From Chloropicon primus (lineage: Eukaryota): a stretch of 64,000 bases of DNA. The position numbers and the translations under genes are program-made. Under the pieces are notes generated by a model. The model searched no databases and had not been told where the DNA came from. It was given only the letters and a program-made list of their open reading frames with translations. Shown one piece after another: positions 1-10,236 of this stretch. Location of the stretch: positions 682,001 to 746,000 of the forward strand of contig CP060756.1 in NCBI GenBank assembly GCA_023205875.1. The letters run 5' to 3'. Numbering within the stretch: position 1 is the first letter of the stretch; each line of letters begins with the position of its first letter.

Positions 1-68
1 GGAGCTGGCAAAGTCCATAAGTTCTTAGGCAAAGGGTTTCCATAATTTACGCCTCACTCTCCCTTGGT

Positions 69-740
69 TCACGACGCCGACGGATCCTTCGTGACTCTCA
101 GGTACCCCTTGTTGCTCGGCACGGAGAGCTTCGTGAAGCCGTGCTCGAACTTCGCGGAGGCGTCCTCGTCGCTGAGCGTCGGGACCACCATGCAGTCCTT
201 CCCGCTGCACCAGTCGGCAGGGGTGGCCACGCTGTGCTTTGCCGTGAGTTGCAAGGAGTCGATGGCCCTCAGAACCTCCTGGAAATTCCTCCCCGTGGTC
301 GCAGGGTAAAGAATCGACAAGGCAAGCGTCTTGTCCGGCTTTATCACAAAGACTGCTCTGCAGGTCATGGGCATCCCTTCCTTGTCTTTCTCCTCCGGAT
401 CCAGCATCCCGTACACCGTGGCCACCTCCCTCTTCGGGTCGCTCACAATCGGGTAGCAGACCTTGGCCTCCCCACAGAACTCTGGCAGTGCCTCAATGTC
501 CTTGATCCAAGTCTTGTGGGACTCGGTCGTGTTGCAGGACAGGGCAGCCACCTTCACCCCCCTCTTGTCGAATTCCCCCAGCAGCCTCGCCACAGATCCC
601 AGTTCTGTCGTGCACACGGGCGTGAAATCGTTTGGATGGCTGAAGAGCACCGCCCACCTGCCTTCTATGTACTCGTGCCACCTCAGGGGCCCCGCCGTGG
701 AGTCTGCCCTGAAGTCTGGCACCCTCGTCCCCAACCGCAT
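69..740 (-). CDS. 1-Cys peroxiredoxin (Prx6 family)
   Basis: FSHPNDFTPVCTTELG peroxidatic motif, YPATTGRNF and VATPADW. The likely start is MRLGTRVPDF (ATG at 740), directly preceded by an acceptor-like ...gaacag, so an upstream intron or exon is possible. Confidence 0.95.
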   Translation of the reverse strand: MRLGTRVPDFRADSTAGPLRWHEYIEGRWAVLFSHPNDFTPVCTTELGSVARLLGEFDKRGVKVAALSCNTTESHKTWIKDIEALPEFCGEAKVCYPIVSDPKREVATVYGMLDPEEKDKEGMPMTCRAVFVIKPDKTLALSILYPATTGRNFQEVLRAIDSLQLTAKHSVATPADWCSGKDCMVVPTLSDEDASAKFEHGFTKLSVPSNKGYLRVTKDPSAS

Positions 741-1368
741 CTGTTCACAAAACGTCTCCACAACACAAATACGATTCGACCGAACCGAACCCTTCGACCT
801 CCTCGACCCCACCAATCCGCCTCCCGCTCCTCCCTTCGCCACCGCTCCTCCTCCTCCTTCCACGCCGACCAGCGCGCGCTGCTACTCTGCTGCTTTGTGT
901 CCCTGACACAAGGAACACGAAGGGAGGTCGCTCGCTCTGTCTGTTGCGGAGAGAGAGAGAGGGCGCGGGGGTGGCGTCGAGGGGGACGACGCAACGCGGA
1001 AGCGAAACTGCGTCTCACGAGCTCTCGCTTGATCCTTCACTTCACGGCTTTCGGCCTCGTGCAAGCCGAGGAGAGAGAGAGAGAGAGGAAAGGCGTCATC
1101 TTCAACTTCAACTTCATCGTCAACACCAAACGCAGCTGCAGCGAGGAGGGGAGGCGCCGGAGGGGAGGTTGTCGTGTGTTTGCAGAGGCGTTGGTGGTGG
1201 TCTCAAGGAGAGGGGAGGTTTAGGCTCCGCGGCGAGAGAGGCGAGGGGCCTCGCATACGGATAACTGTCGCTCTGGCTGCTGTGGGTGGGAAAGATTTGT
1301 AAGGAGGAAGCAGGAAGGAGCGCACTGCCTAGACGACTGGCCTATCTATATTGTATAGTATTGTCGGA

Positions 1369-1672
1369 ATGGCCTTTGTCAGGGGAGCCCTTGGAGCTTT
1401 CGTGGGCCAGGCCTTTGCCGGTAGCAGAAGCCTGCAGGCCCTCACGATAGGCGTCGCCGTGGGCATCTACTTGGACCAAAACTACACCGTGCCGAACGTG
1501 AAGGAGGAGACGAAACGGTAAGGAAGCACGTTTGACTCGACAGCCTTCTGGCTTCCTTACGGCGCTTGGGACTGACCTCGTTTTCTTGGGTTCTTCCATT
1601 GGCCTTCTTCTTCGCTGCAGGTTGTGGGGCGTTTTGAAGGAGAAGGAAAAGGAGCACAGAAAGAGAAAGTGA
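1369..1672 (+). CDS. Short transmembrane mitochondrial protein 1-like (STMP1/DUF4535) microprotein, 66 aa, 2 exons
   Basis: Not in the ORF track. Exons are 1369-1517 and 1621-1672, with intron GTAAGG...ACTGAC...CTGCAG. Spliced protein MAFVRGALGAFVGQAFAGSRSLQALTIGVAVGIYLDQNYTVPNVKEETKRLWGVLKEKEKEHRKRK carries the family motif GIYxxQNYxVPN. Confidence 0.85.
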
Positions 1673-1883
1673 GGTGCCTCATGTACTCCGAGGGGAGGGG
1701 GGGGGGCTGGGTCAACCACTTCACCACCCGGTGGGAAGCGAAGCCGAGGTGGTTGTCCGCTCTCTCTCTCTCTCTCTTATTTACCAACCAATGTAAAACA
1801 AAAAAATGTAAACGCTTGTTAGTTTTAGTATTCACCCTTCCCCCCTCGCTGACTATCCGCCTCGAAAAGGAGCAGCGAGGCGG

Positions 1884-2441
1884 TCACTCGGCCATCGGCT
1901 CCGCACCAGCCCCCGCAGGAGTGTTGGCGAGCACGGGCTTCCCGGCTTCGATCCCCCCGTGTGCCGCTTCCCCCTCCTTCGCTCTGTCCTCGCCAGCGGC
2001 GGCAGCTACCGGAACCCCGTTCCCGTCCGTCGTCGTCTCTTCCCCGCCTTCCCCCTTCTTCGTCTCGCTGGCGAGTTCCTCCGCGGCCTTCTGCGCCTTC
2101 CTCTTCTTTATGGACTCGCTCCTCTTCTTCGCCCTCTCCCTCATCTCGCTTCTGTGGTCCTCGATATCCCCCTCCAGCTCGGCTATCAGGTCGCCGAACT
2201 CGAGGTCCTCCAAAGCGCTGATCACGTCGCCCACGCTGATGGTCTGCCGCTTGCTCTCCACGCAGATGTCGTTCGCCGTTGCGCTGATCAAGTGGATGAA
2301 CACCCGGCACGCCTCGCTCAGCGCAGTCAGGGCGTCCCTGTTCAAGTGTATATCAGGACCTCCAGTGCCTTTCAGCTCCGTGATCTTCTGCTTCACTATC
2401 CTCCTCACGTTTGAGCGAGGCAAATCCGCGTCCGTGTCCAT
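1884..2441 (-). CDS. POLE3: Histone-fold protein, DNA polymerase epsilon subunit 3 / CHRAC17 (DPB4-like, NF-YB class)
   Basis: LPRSNVRRIVK...DALTALSEACRVFIHLISATANDIC...KRQTISVGDVISALEDLEF histone fold followed by a charged tail. Confidence 0.8.
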   Translation of the reverse strand: MDTDADLPRSNVRRIVKQKITELKGTGGPDIHLNRDALTALSEACRVFIHLISATANDICVESKRQTISVGDVISALEDLEFGDLIAELEGDIEDHRSEMRERAKKRSESIKKRKAQKAAEELASETKKGEGGEETTTDGNGVPVAAAAGEDRAKEGEAAHGGIEAGKPVLANTPAGAGAEPMAE

Positions 2442-2727
2442 GGCGAATCAGGTCCTCCGAAGACCTAGGCTCTACCAAAGGAGGCAAGCGCGAAAAACTA
2501 AACTGCGTTTTGCGATTCCGATTCCTTTCCAAGGAACGAAGGAGATCGTCCGATCGACCTCAACAAGCTTGGTGGTTTCTCCGCCCGCAAGGCCTTGGTG
2601 GTTCGAGTCCGAGGCCAACTCCAGTGTCTCGCGGCAAGGACTCTTCCTCGGCCTCAGCTCTCTCTCTCTCTCCCTCTCTCTCTCTCAGCTTGGCTCTCGC
2701 TCGCTCCGCTTTCCTTTCCAGTGGACT

Positions 2728-2736
2728 GGCGGGAAA
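2728..2736 (-). promoter_or_regulatory. E2F-type site upstream of POLE3/DPB4
   Basis: GGCGGGAAA on + reads TTTCCCGCC on -, the canonical E2F consensus, about 290 bp upstream of a replication gene. Confidence 0.45.
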
Positions 2737-2972
2737 TCGGCGAAGGAGGGAGGAAGGGTTTTGGGGGGGGGGACGACATCTACGGCACTACATGACCAGG
2801 GGGCTGGGATGCGGGGCAGAGAGGAGTCCAGCAGCGAGCTCCTCCGTGGTAGGACGAAAAAGTTGGGGCAGGGAGAAGTCCCGCAAAAAGGAAAAGGATT
2901 ATATTGTGATGATGAATGGATTGATTTGGGTTTTGCTGAGTTTACCCCCCCCCTTCGAAGCACAACGCGTTA

Positions 2973-4531
2973 TTAATCCTCCTCGATGCCGAAGACTTCC
3001 ATGAAGGTCTCCTTCACCTTGTCTCCGGAATCAATGGTCTCCAAGGGATCCTTTCTCAGCCTGTGCCTGAGGCACAAGACGCAGATTCGGCCGACGTCCT
3101 CCTCGGTGACCTCGGTCCTGCCCTCGAAAGCGGCGATGGCCTTGGCAGCGCGGTTGGTCACGATGTCCCCCCTCAAGCCATCCACGTCGAGCTGCGAGCA
3201 CATCTCGGAAATCTTCACCCTGATGTCCCTGTCCACGGTCACCTCCTTCAGGAGCTGGCGGGCCTCCTCCAGCCTGTCCTTGATGGCGGTCTGAGGGTCG
3301 ACGTACTCCTGCCTGAACTTCTGGGGCTGCTCATCGAACCTCGCCCTCTCCTCGACGATTTTCACCCTGAGCTCCGGGTCCTTCACCGTCCTGATCTCGG
3401 CGTGCATGCCGAATCTGTCCAAGAGCTGCGGCCTGAGCTCGCCCTCCTCTGGGTTGCCCGAGCCCACCAAGATGAAACGCGCCGGGTGACTGATGGAGAT
3501 TCCCTCCCTCTCCACGGTGTTCCAACCCGACGCCGCAGAGTCAAGCATGACGTCCACCAAGTGGTCGTCGAGCAGGTTGACCTCGTCCACGTAGAGCAGA
3601 CCCCTGTTCGCCTTGGCGAGGAGGCCAGGCTCGAAGGCTTTCACGCCTCCGGTGAGGGCGCGCTCAATGTCGATACTGCCGCAGACTCTGTCCTCGGTGG
3701 CGCCCAGGGGGAGGTCGATCATGGGAACCCTCATGTGAGTCTTCTCCAGCGCCGCGCCCGAGTTGAACTTCTCGGTGACCTCCGGGCCCATGAGCTCGCG
3801 GTCGTCAGGAGAAGAGTTGAAAGGGTCGTTCGCCACGATCTCGATCTCGGGCAGGATGTCCACCAGGGCCCTCACGGTCGTACTCTTCCCGGTTCCACGG
3901 TCGCCCATAATCATCACCCCCCCGATCTTGGGGTCGATGACGTTGAGGCAGAGCGCGAGCTTCATCTCCTCCTGGCCCACGATGGCGGTCAGCGGGTACA
4001 CGGGTCTCGCCTCCTTCTCCTCCACCTCGGCGACTTCTTCATTCCCGTCCGTCGTCGTCGTTTTCCCGAGCACAGCGAATCCATTGCGAGGGCAAGAAGC
4101 GCCAAGTCAGCGACGGCAAAAGGATTCACCTCAAATATTGTTTGTGTGTTTGTTTGGTTTGTGTGTGGATAGGATGACGTGGGATTGCATTGGACAGACG
4201 GACCGTCGCCAACGCCCACCGACACACGCACAGAAGAGAGGGAGAGGGAGAGGGAGGGAGAGAGGGAGGGAGAGAGGCTCCCTGAAGCTCACGCACGGGG
4301 CGAAGCGTTTTCGTCGGTCGGTTCGCTTCCGCCTGGTGTGTCCACCTTACCTGTTTCTGGCTCTGCAACCGCCCTCGTGACGAAAGTCGCCCTCCTATTT
4401 CTCCTCGTCCCGTTCGCCTTGCTCTGCAAAGAAGGCGAGTTCCTCGTCCTCCCCTCCACCCTACGAGTCACCGTCCTCCCCACCATGGTGTTCCCCCTCC
4501 TCAAGAGGCTGGACCTCATCGTCTTTGTCAT
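2973..4531 (-). CDS. CHLI: Magnesium chelatase subunit I, nuclear-encoded with transit peptide, 2 exons
   Basis: [16 protein letters not shown], Walker [49 protein letters not shown]. Exon 1 (4531-4351) encodes an R/S/T-rich transit peptide ending ...[11 protein letters not shown] before a GTAAGG donor. The acceptor is near 4038 (less certain). Confidence 0.95.
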
Positions 4532-5325
4532 CGTCGTTGCCGCCGTCTCCCGTCGTGGCTCTTCTCCTTCAAGCTTCCAGGTTAAATCGTCGCCAAATCA
4601 CACGAGTGAACCCTCAAACGAAAGCCCTTGGAGAGAACTCGTGTTGCGTCTCAACCCCTGTGCTCTTTGCCTCTCGCGCCGTCCGCAGTCTCCGTCTGAA
4701 CCAAGCCCAAAGCCGATCGATCGACACGAACGTCGTCTGTTCTGGTTCGCGATCTGTTTCTCTTATCCATTTATCTTCTGTAGGAAACGCGACTTGAGGG
4801 GGAACTGACGCGTGATTGGTTCCGAGGATTTGGCCCGCAATTCGCGTCTCTGGAAAAATTGTACCCGTACGGGGATGTACCCCACGTGTATACACACACG
4901 AGGAGCCAAGCGAGGCGTGCAGAGGCAGGACGAGGACGACAGGAAGGAGGAGGACCTTGACGTGGGTTGGATGGACGTGAGGCTCTGCAAGGGACACGGC
5001 CTGGCAATCGAGCGTGTTCGTTAAGGTTCCGCGGAAGCAATTGAAGGGACCCAACCTTGCGCAGGTGAACCTGGAAAGGCAAGCAAGAAGAGCAAAGGGA
5101 GGTGAGGTGGTGTCTTGGAGGAGGGAGGAACGGGACCCAACCTCTTTGTTGGATTGACCTGTCGCAAGGGAGGAGACCAAGGGACTGGGACTTGGGAGAG
5201 GGTACTGCATTGCCGGCAAGATTAGGATCTTGGACAGGCGGAAAGGCTGAGAGCAACAAGACCTTGTCGAGTCTTTCTTGTGCGTGTGCGTGTGCTGCGA
5301 AGGACTGCTGGCTCGGGCACCACCA

Positions 5326-6794
5326 TGGGCGTGAAGGCGAAGAAGGACAAGCTGCCTTACAAGGATATCGCGGTGAAAGTTCTGAAGAACAAGGACTGCT
5401 GGCTGACCCTGGAGGAGATGACGGAGATATCCAAGAGACTCGGGTACGTGCCCGTGGACTCGAACTGCGAGTCCCAGCTCGCCTCGGCCCTGTACACGGA
5501 CTTGTGCAAGCCAGAGGAGTCGAGGCTGTTCAAGTTCAAGCCCGCTTCGGACGTTTTCGGCTTGAGCTCCTGGGAGGAGGAGGACGCCGCGAGGTCCAAC
5601 TCGTACAAGGAGTACCTGGACAGGCACCCGGAGGAGCGCGCCGGGGACCAGGAGGAGCTGAAGAGGCAGGAGGGTCTGAAGCGCAAGGCCGAGGACGAGG
5701 CCGAAAGGGTCGGGGAGGACAAGACGCCGAGGGGAAACATTATTGATCGTGCCGCTTCTGGCGAACAATCGAAGCAGGGGGCTGAAGAGGCGACCGCCAA
5801 GGGAACTGCTGAGCCGGCCGCCGTCCCTGGAAGGCAAGCCTGTGCCCCTGCTGCCCCTAGTGCCCCTAGTGCTGGACAGAGAGCGAGCACGAGCGAAGCG
5901 CCGGTCGAGAGGCGCGGCGGACCCACGACGACCGCGGTGGACCCCTCACCCTCCCAGGTGACCGGGAATCGCAGGCTGGAGCACCGCGTGACGAACAGCG
6001 TGCTGAGGCAGCACCTGGCGGGCAACCAAGCCACCCGTGCGAGCGGACCTCGAGCCACGTCGAGTGCGGGGAAACCCCTGATGTTCTCGCCGCCTCCCCC
6101 GCAACGGACCCAGCCGCAGCAACCAAAGCAGCCCCTCTTCGCAGAAACCCCTTCGTCGTACGCCAGCGCGGCGAGCCAAGGGGTGTTGCGTTCCCCTCCC
6201 CCCCCGCAGCCCAAGCAGCCCGGCGGATACACGGACACGCCCTCGAGTCCCGGAAAGCTGTTCAAGCAGCTCGTCGCGGAGCGAGGCGCGAGGGAGAAGG
6301 AAAGGTTCTCGCCCAGCGCGCCGTCGCCCTCCTTCAGCGGCGGCGGTGCGGTCAGAAGTCAAGCCAAGAGCGCCGACGACAAGTCCTTTGGGAAGACCGA
6401 GATCGCCAAGATCCTCAAGTTGGCCGCTGAGATGGGCGAGAACAACATTATCGTGGGAAAGGTGTGGCTCGAGCTCGCTTTCAAGCTCAAGAGCAGCGAG
6501 CCGGGCCTCTCTGAATACGCCCAGAAGCACGCCAAGGGCGTCCTGCAGAACTATATTCAGGAGAAGGAGAAGATGCAGAAGCAGCTGTTGGAGACAAACG
6601 AGCAGATCGAGGAGCAGCAAAACATCGTCAAGGACTTTGTGAATTCCCGCAGCGGGGTCGGGATTGAAGTCCACTCCGTCGCAGAAAACATGAACATGCT
6701 CTCGGAGATCACACGATCCCAAAGTAACCTCGCCGTGCACGCCCTCGAAGCGTCAAAACTCGCCGAATCCGTCCTGCAAGAGATTTGCGATTAG
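5326..6794 (+). CDS. Protein with an N-terminal HARE-HTH-like winged helix, a low-complexity linker and a C-terminal coiled coil
   Basis: YKDIAVKVLKNKDCWLTLEEMTEISKRLG...ESQLASALYTDL...RLFKFKPASDVFGLSSW fits the HB1/ASXL/restriction-endonuclease HTH pattern as I recall it. Confidence 0.7.
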
Positions 6795-6974
6795 ACCCCA
6801 AAGGCGTGGGAAGCGGCTCGCGTGTAATGTAACAACACCACTTCCATCCTCCCCGCCCTCTCCTCCCTCCCCCTCCTCTTCTAATGCTCGAGCGTTATTT
6901 TTTTTTAAGGAGAAAGAGAAACGCTCGGGGCTCGGGCGCTCGCGACGAGAGAGGGGGCGACGACGACGACGACG

Positions 6975-9900
6975 ATGGCGACGACGGTGGTGAAGGCGGG
7001 AGGGGGGAGACCCGAACACGAGGCTGCGGGGTTCGCAAACCAGAGGGAGGGGCCCGTAGCGACGGAACAACGTGTCGCACGTGCACGTCGCGCGAATGAC
7101 AAGGGGAACGACAAGTTTAAGATCATGGTGAGTGCGAGGGTTGGGATGTCTCGAAAAGAAGTGTTGTCTCTTGCTCCCTCCCATTTCTGACCGGTTTCGA
7201 TGGGCGCTTACAGGATTTCGAGGGGGCGTTGGGGGAGTACACTCGGGGACTCGACGTTTTGGCTTCCGCTGGAGCCAAACGCGGCGACCCAGCGAGCGAG
7301 TTGAGGCAGCGGCTTCTGTGCAATCGTGCGAGCGCCTACCTGAGGAGGGACGAGGCGGGAGAAGCGTTGCGGGACTGCGAAGCTGCGATCGACATCGACG
7401 GCGAGAACCCGAAGCCGTACTACAGGGGCGGACTGGCTCGCCTCGCCCTCGCGGATTATCGCGGAGCGAGGGCGATGCTGACGAGGAGCTCGAGCTTGGG
7501 CTCGAATGAGTGTGACCTGGGCGTGCTGCTGGAGACTTGCGAGCACCTGGTGGGCAACGAGGAGCTCGCGTCGCGGCTAGAGGGGACTGAGCGCGGAACG
7601 GAAGTAGCTGGAATTCTCGCGAGGTACTGCGAGCAGCTTATCGATGACGGCGACGACGAGGATTGTGACATTGGCGACGTGCTCGACGACCTCTTGAAAC
7701 TTTTGAGGAGGGAGCCCTCCGCGAAGGTCTTGTTCGACAGGGCGTGCCATTGGAGGGCGCTTCTCTTTTACTTGACGGACTCTTACGGGCACAGAGTTTC
7801 TGACATATTGAAAGAGCTTGTGTCCGGCCCGCACGCCGTGGCGTGGCCACCCATCGTGACGGGAAGGCTGGTCTCCACGGTCCTGGAAGCATCCTATGAA
7901 GAAGGCGAGAAGGAGACGGCGATGAATCTGATCCTGTATTCTGCTTCGATTCCGATGATGACCTCCTGGTTCCTCATACGGCCATCCCGTGAGGTGGCCG
8001 GCGTCGTGGGGAAGGACGGAGCTGTTGTTCCGGCGCACCTCGTGTTTTCCTCCCTTCGGAGCAAGGCACGGTGGGAGACCATCCCCGTCAAATTTGCCCA
8101 GTACTACGTGTGGACCCTTTCGTCGTTTTGCAAAGCAGCTCACGGCTCGGAGATGCTAGCCAAATCGCACATCAGACCTATCAGTGATTTGGTCTTTATG
8201 TTTGAGCACGCGAACGATCTCAAAGGGGCCTTTGACGAACTCGCGGACGCCAGCATACCGTCCCACTTTGACCGGGTCACGACCGCAGAGGAGGCCGAGA
8301 AGTTCTTCAGGAGGGAGAAGAAGAGGATGTACAACGTGCCTGTCATAGATCTCAAGCACTCGGTGTTGGATGAGCTGAACGTGTTGGTGAGGGATGGGAG
8401 CGGTCTCAGAAACGAAGCATTTGTTCGGGAGACCACGGCATTGGGCAAGAGCACGCTGAAGCCAACGAGGCTTCTGGTAGATCTGTTAGCGCTGGCAAAG
8501 GAAATGCACAAGTTGTCACCCCTGAAGTCAGCCCCTGTGTTGGGACAGGACGGCGCCGCGAAGACTTACGAGAAGCGCCCGTTTGCAGCAGATTTCTCCA
8601 AAAACCCCTTTGGAGATGCCTTCATCGAGGAAGAGCATCCAAGCAGGGAGACGATGCTGAGCAAACTTATGGACGTTCTCATCGGATGTTGCGACGTGAA
8701 GAATGCGGCGATTACGTTGTGCTCCAAGAACATTCACAGCCTGCTGGTCGAGCTCAGCAAGTACGCCACAGAATCTATCGTTGAGAAGGCCGTAGAGCTC
8801 TACAAGGTGCTCTCTTCGTCTTGCCAAGCGTTTGCAAGCGAGGTCTTGAACGGAGACACGGACATGATTGCTTACACGGGATTGCTTTTGACGAAAAGGC
8901 CAGACTTGCAGTGCGCGGCGATGAACAAAATCGTTCTCATGCTGTCCACTTGCTCAGGAGACGATTTCAGTTGGTTCACCAAGAAAGGCTCTGGTCTAGA
9001 TGCGTGCTACACCTTGCTTTGCCGGTGCATGGCGGATTCGGGTGGCACGTACCAGGAATTTTTGACTGCTGGGGGCAAAAGCAAGTCTTCGCCCTCCCGA
9101 GACGTCATCGAGCTGTGCAAAATAGTTTTCTTGCAGAGTTTGGAGAGGTGCAGACTGCGCAAGAAGTCAAAATTTGCCATACCAAAGGGAGGGGCCTGGG
9201 ACACGTTTGGCAACCAGGAGATCATGGAAATGGAACGCTTTCTTACAGGGAAGCCTGTTGTTCCCCCCACGGCCGCAGAGATACCGAGCGAGGCGTCGGT
9301 TAGGATTCAAAATGCGAGCGAACCCCAAAGAACGGTGGCTTCGCCCACACCTTTGCACGAGGAAGGAAAATTGCGAAAGGGTTTCTTCGGATCGAAGAAG
9401 TCGTACAGAAGGTCTTCCAAGGGGAAGGATCGGGCACAGAGAATCGCTGCAGACACGAAGCCTTCCGTTGTGAAAAAGTCAGAAGTCTCGAAAGAAGAGG
9501 AAGTTATCGAGGAGATTGCAAACAACCCCCTCCTGTCAGATGAGAAACAGCAGTGGGAGGAGGACAACCGCGGGCCGGAGAAGGAGGACGGCACAGAACT
9601 GAAGGTTGTATGGGACAGCACCCCGAGCGACGAAATCAAGAAGCATCGCACCGACTGGGCAAACATGGACCACAGCCAGAAACTGTCTTGGACCCAGTCG
9701 AGCACGGAGGTTACAGCCACAGTCAAGGTTCCAAAGGGAACAAAAGCCAAGGACTTGGAAATCGTCGTGACGCCCACTAGGCTGCTCGTGAAGCTGAGGT
9801 GGTATGGCAGGGTCTTTGATGGCCCTCTCAGCCGAAGGTGCAAAGCCAGCGAGAGCTGGTGGATTCTTGATGGAGATCAGATCGAAATATGCATTCCAAA

Positions 9901-10144
9901 GGATGACAACCATTTTTGGAGGTCCCTTTTTGAGGGAGGGCAAATGAAAAGTTACTACGAAGTCTTGCAAGAGCTCGTTCACGCAGATGAGCCCGCCCAG
10001 AGCTACGAGGACCTTCCCGAGGAGTCGAAAGATCTCGTGGACGAGCTGAGAGAGAGGCAAGAGCTAGTATCGGAAGGCCTCATTGACCCTGATATTTTCG
10101 ACGACTTCCGCTGCGTCTTGAGTGATGGCGATGGGGCGAAGTAG
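6975..10144 (+). CDS. TPR + helical region + CS (p23/NudC-like) domain co-chaperone, 2 exons
   Basis: Exon 1 is 6975-7127 (donor GTGAGT) and exon 2 starts at 7214, in frame. N-terminal TPRs: KGNDKFK...DFEGALGEYTRGL, LLCNRASAYL, KPYYRGGLARLAL. C-terminal CS domain: SWTQSSTEVTATVKVPKGTKAKDLEIVV. Confidence 0.8.
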
Positions 10145-10236
10145 GCCAGATGCCGGGGCATCCGGCAATCATTCGGAAATAAATATGTTTTACTTCAGGG
10201 TTTCGCAAACTCAGCGCCACTTTACTGTACACATGT

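Noticed and set aside
2596..2616. GGTTCGAGTCC resembling a tRNA T-loop / B-box
   Set aside because: The flanks do not form a T-stem and no cloverleaf can be built.
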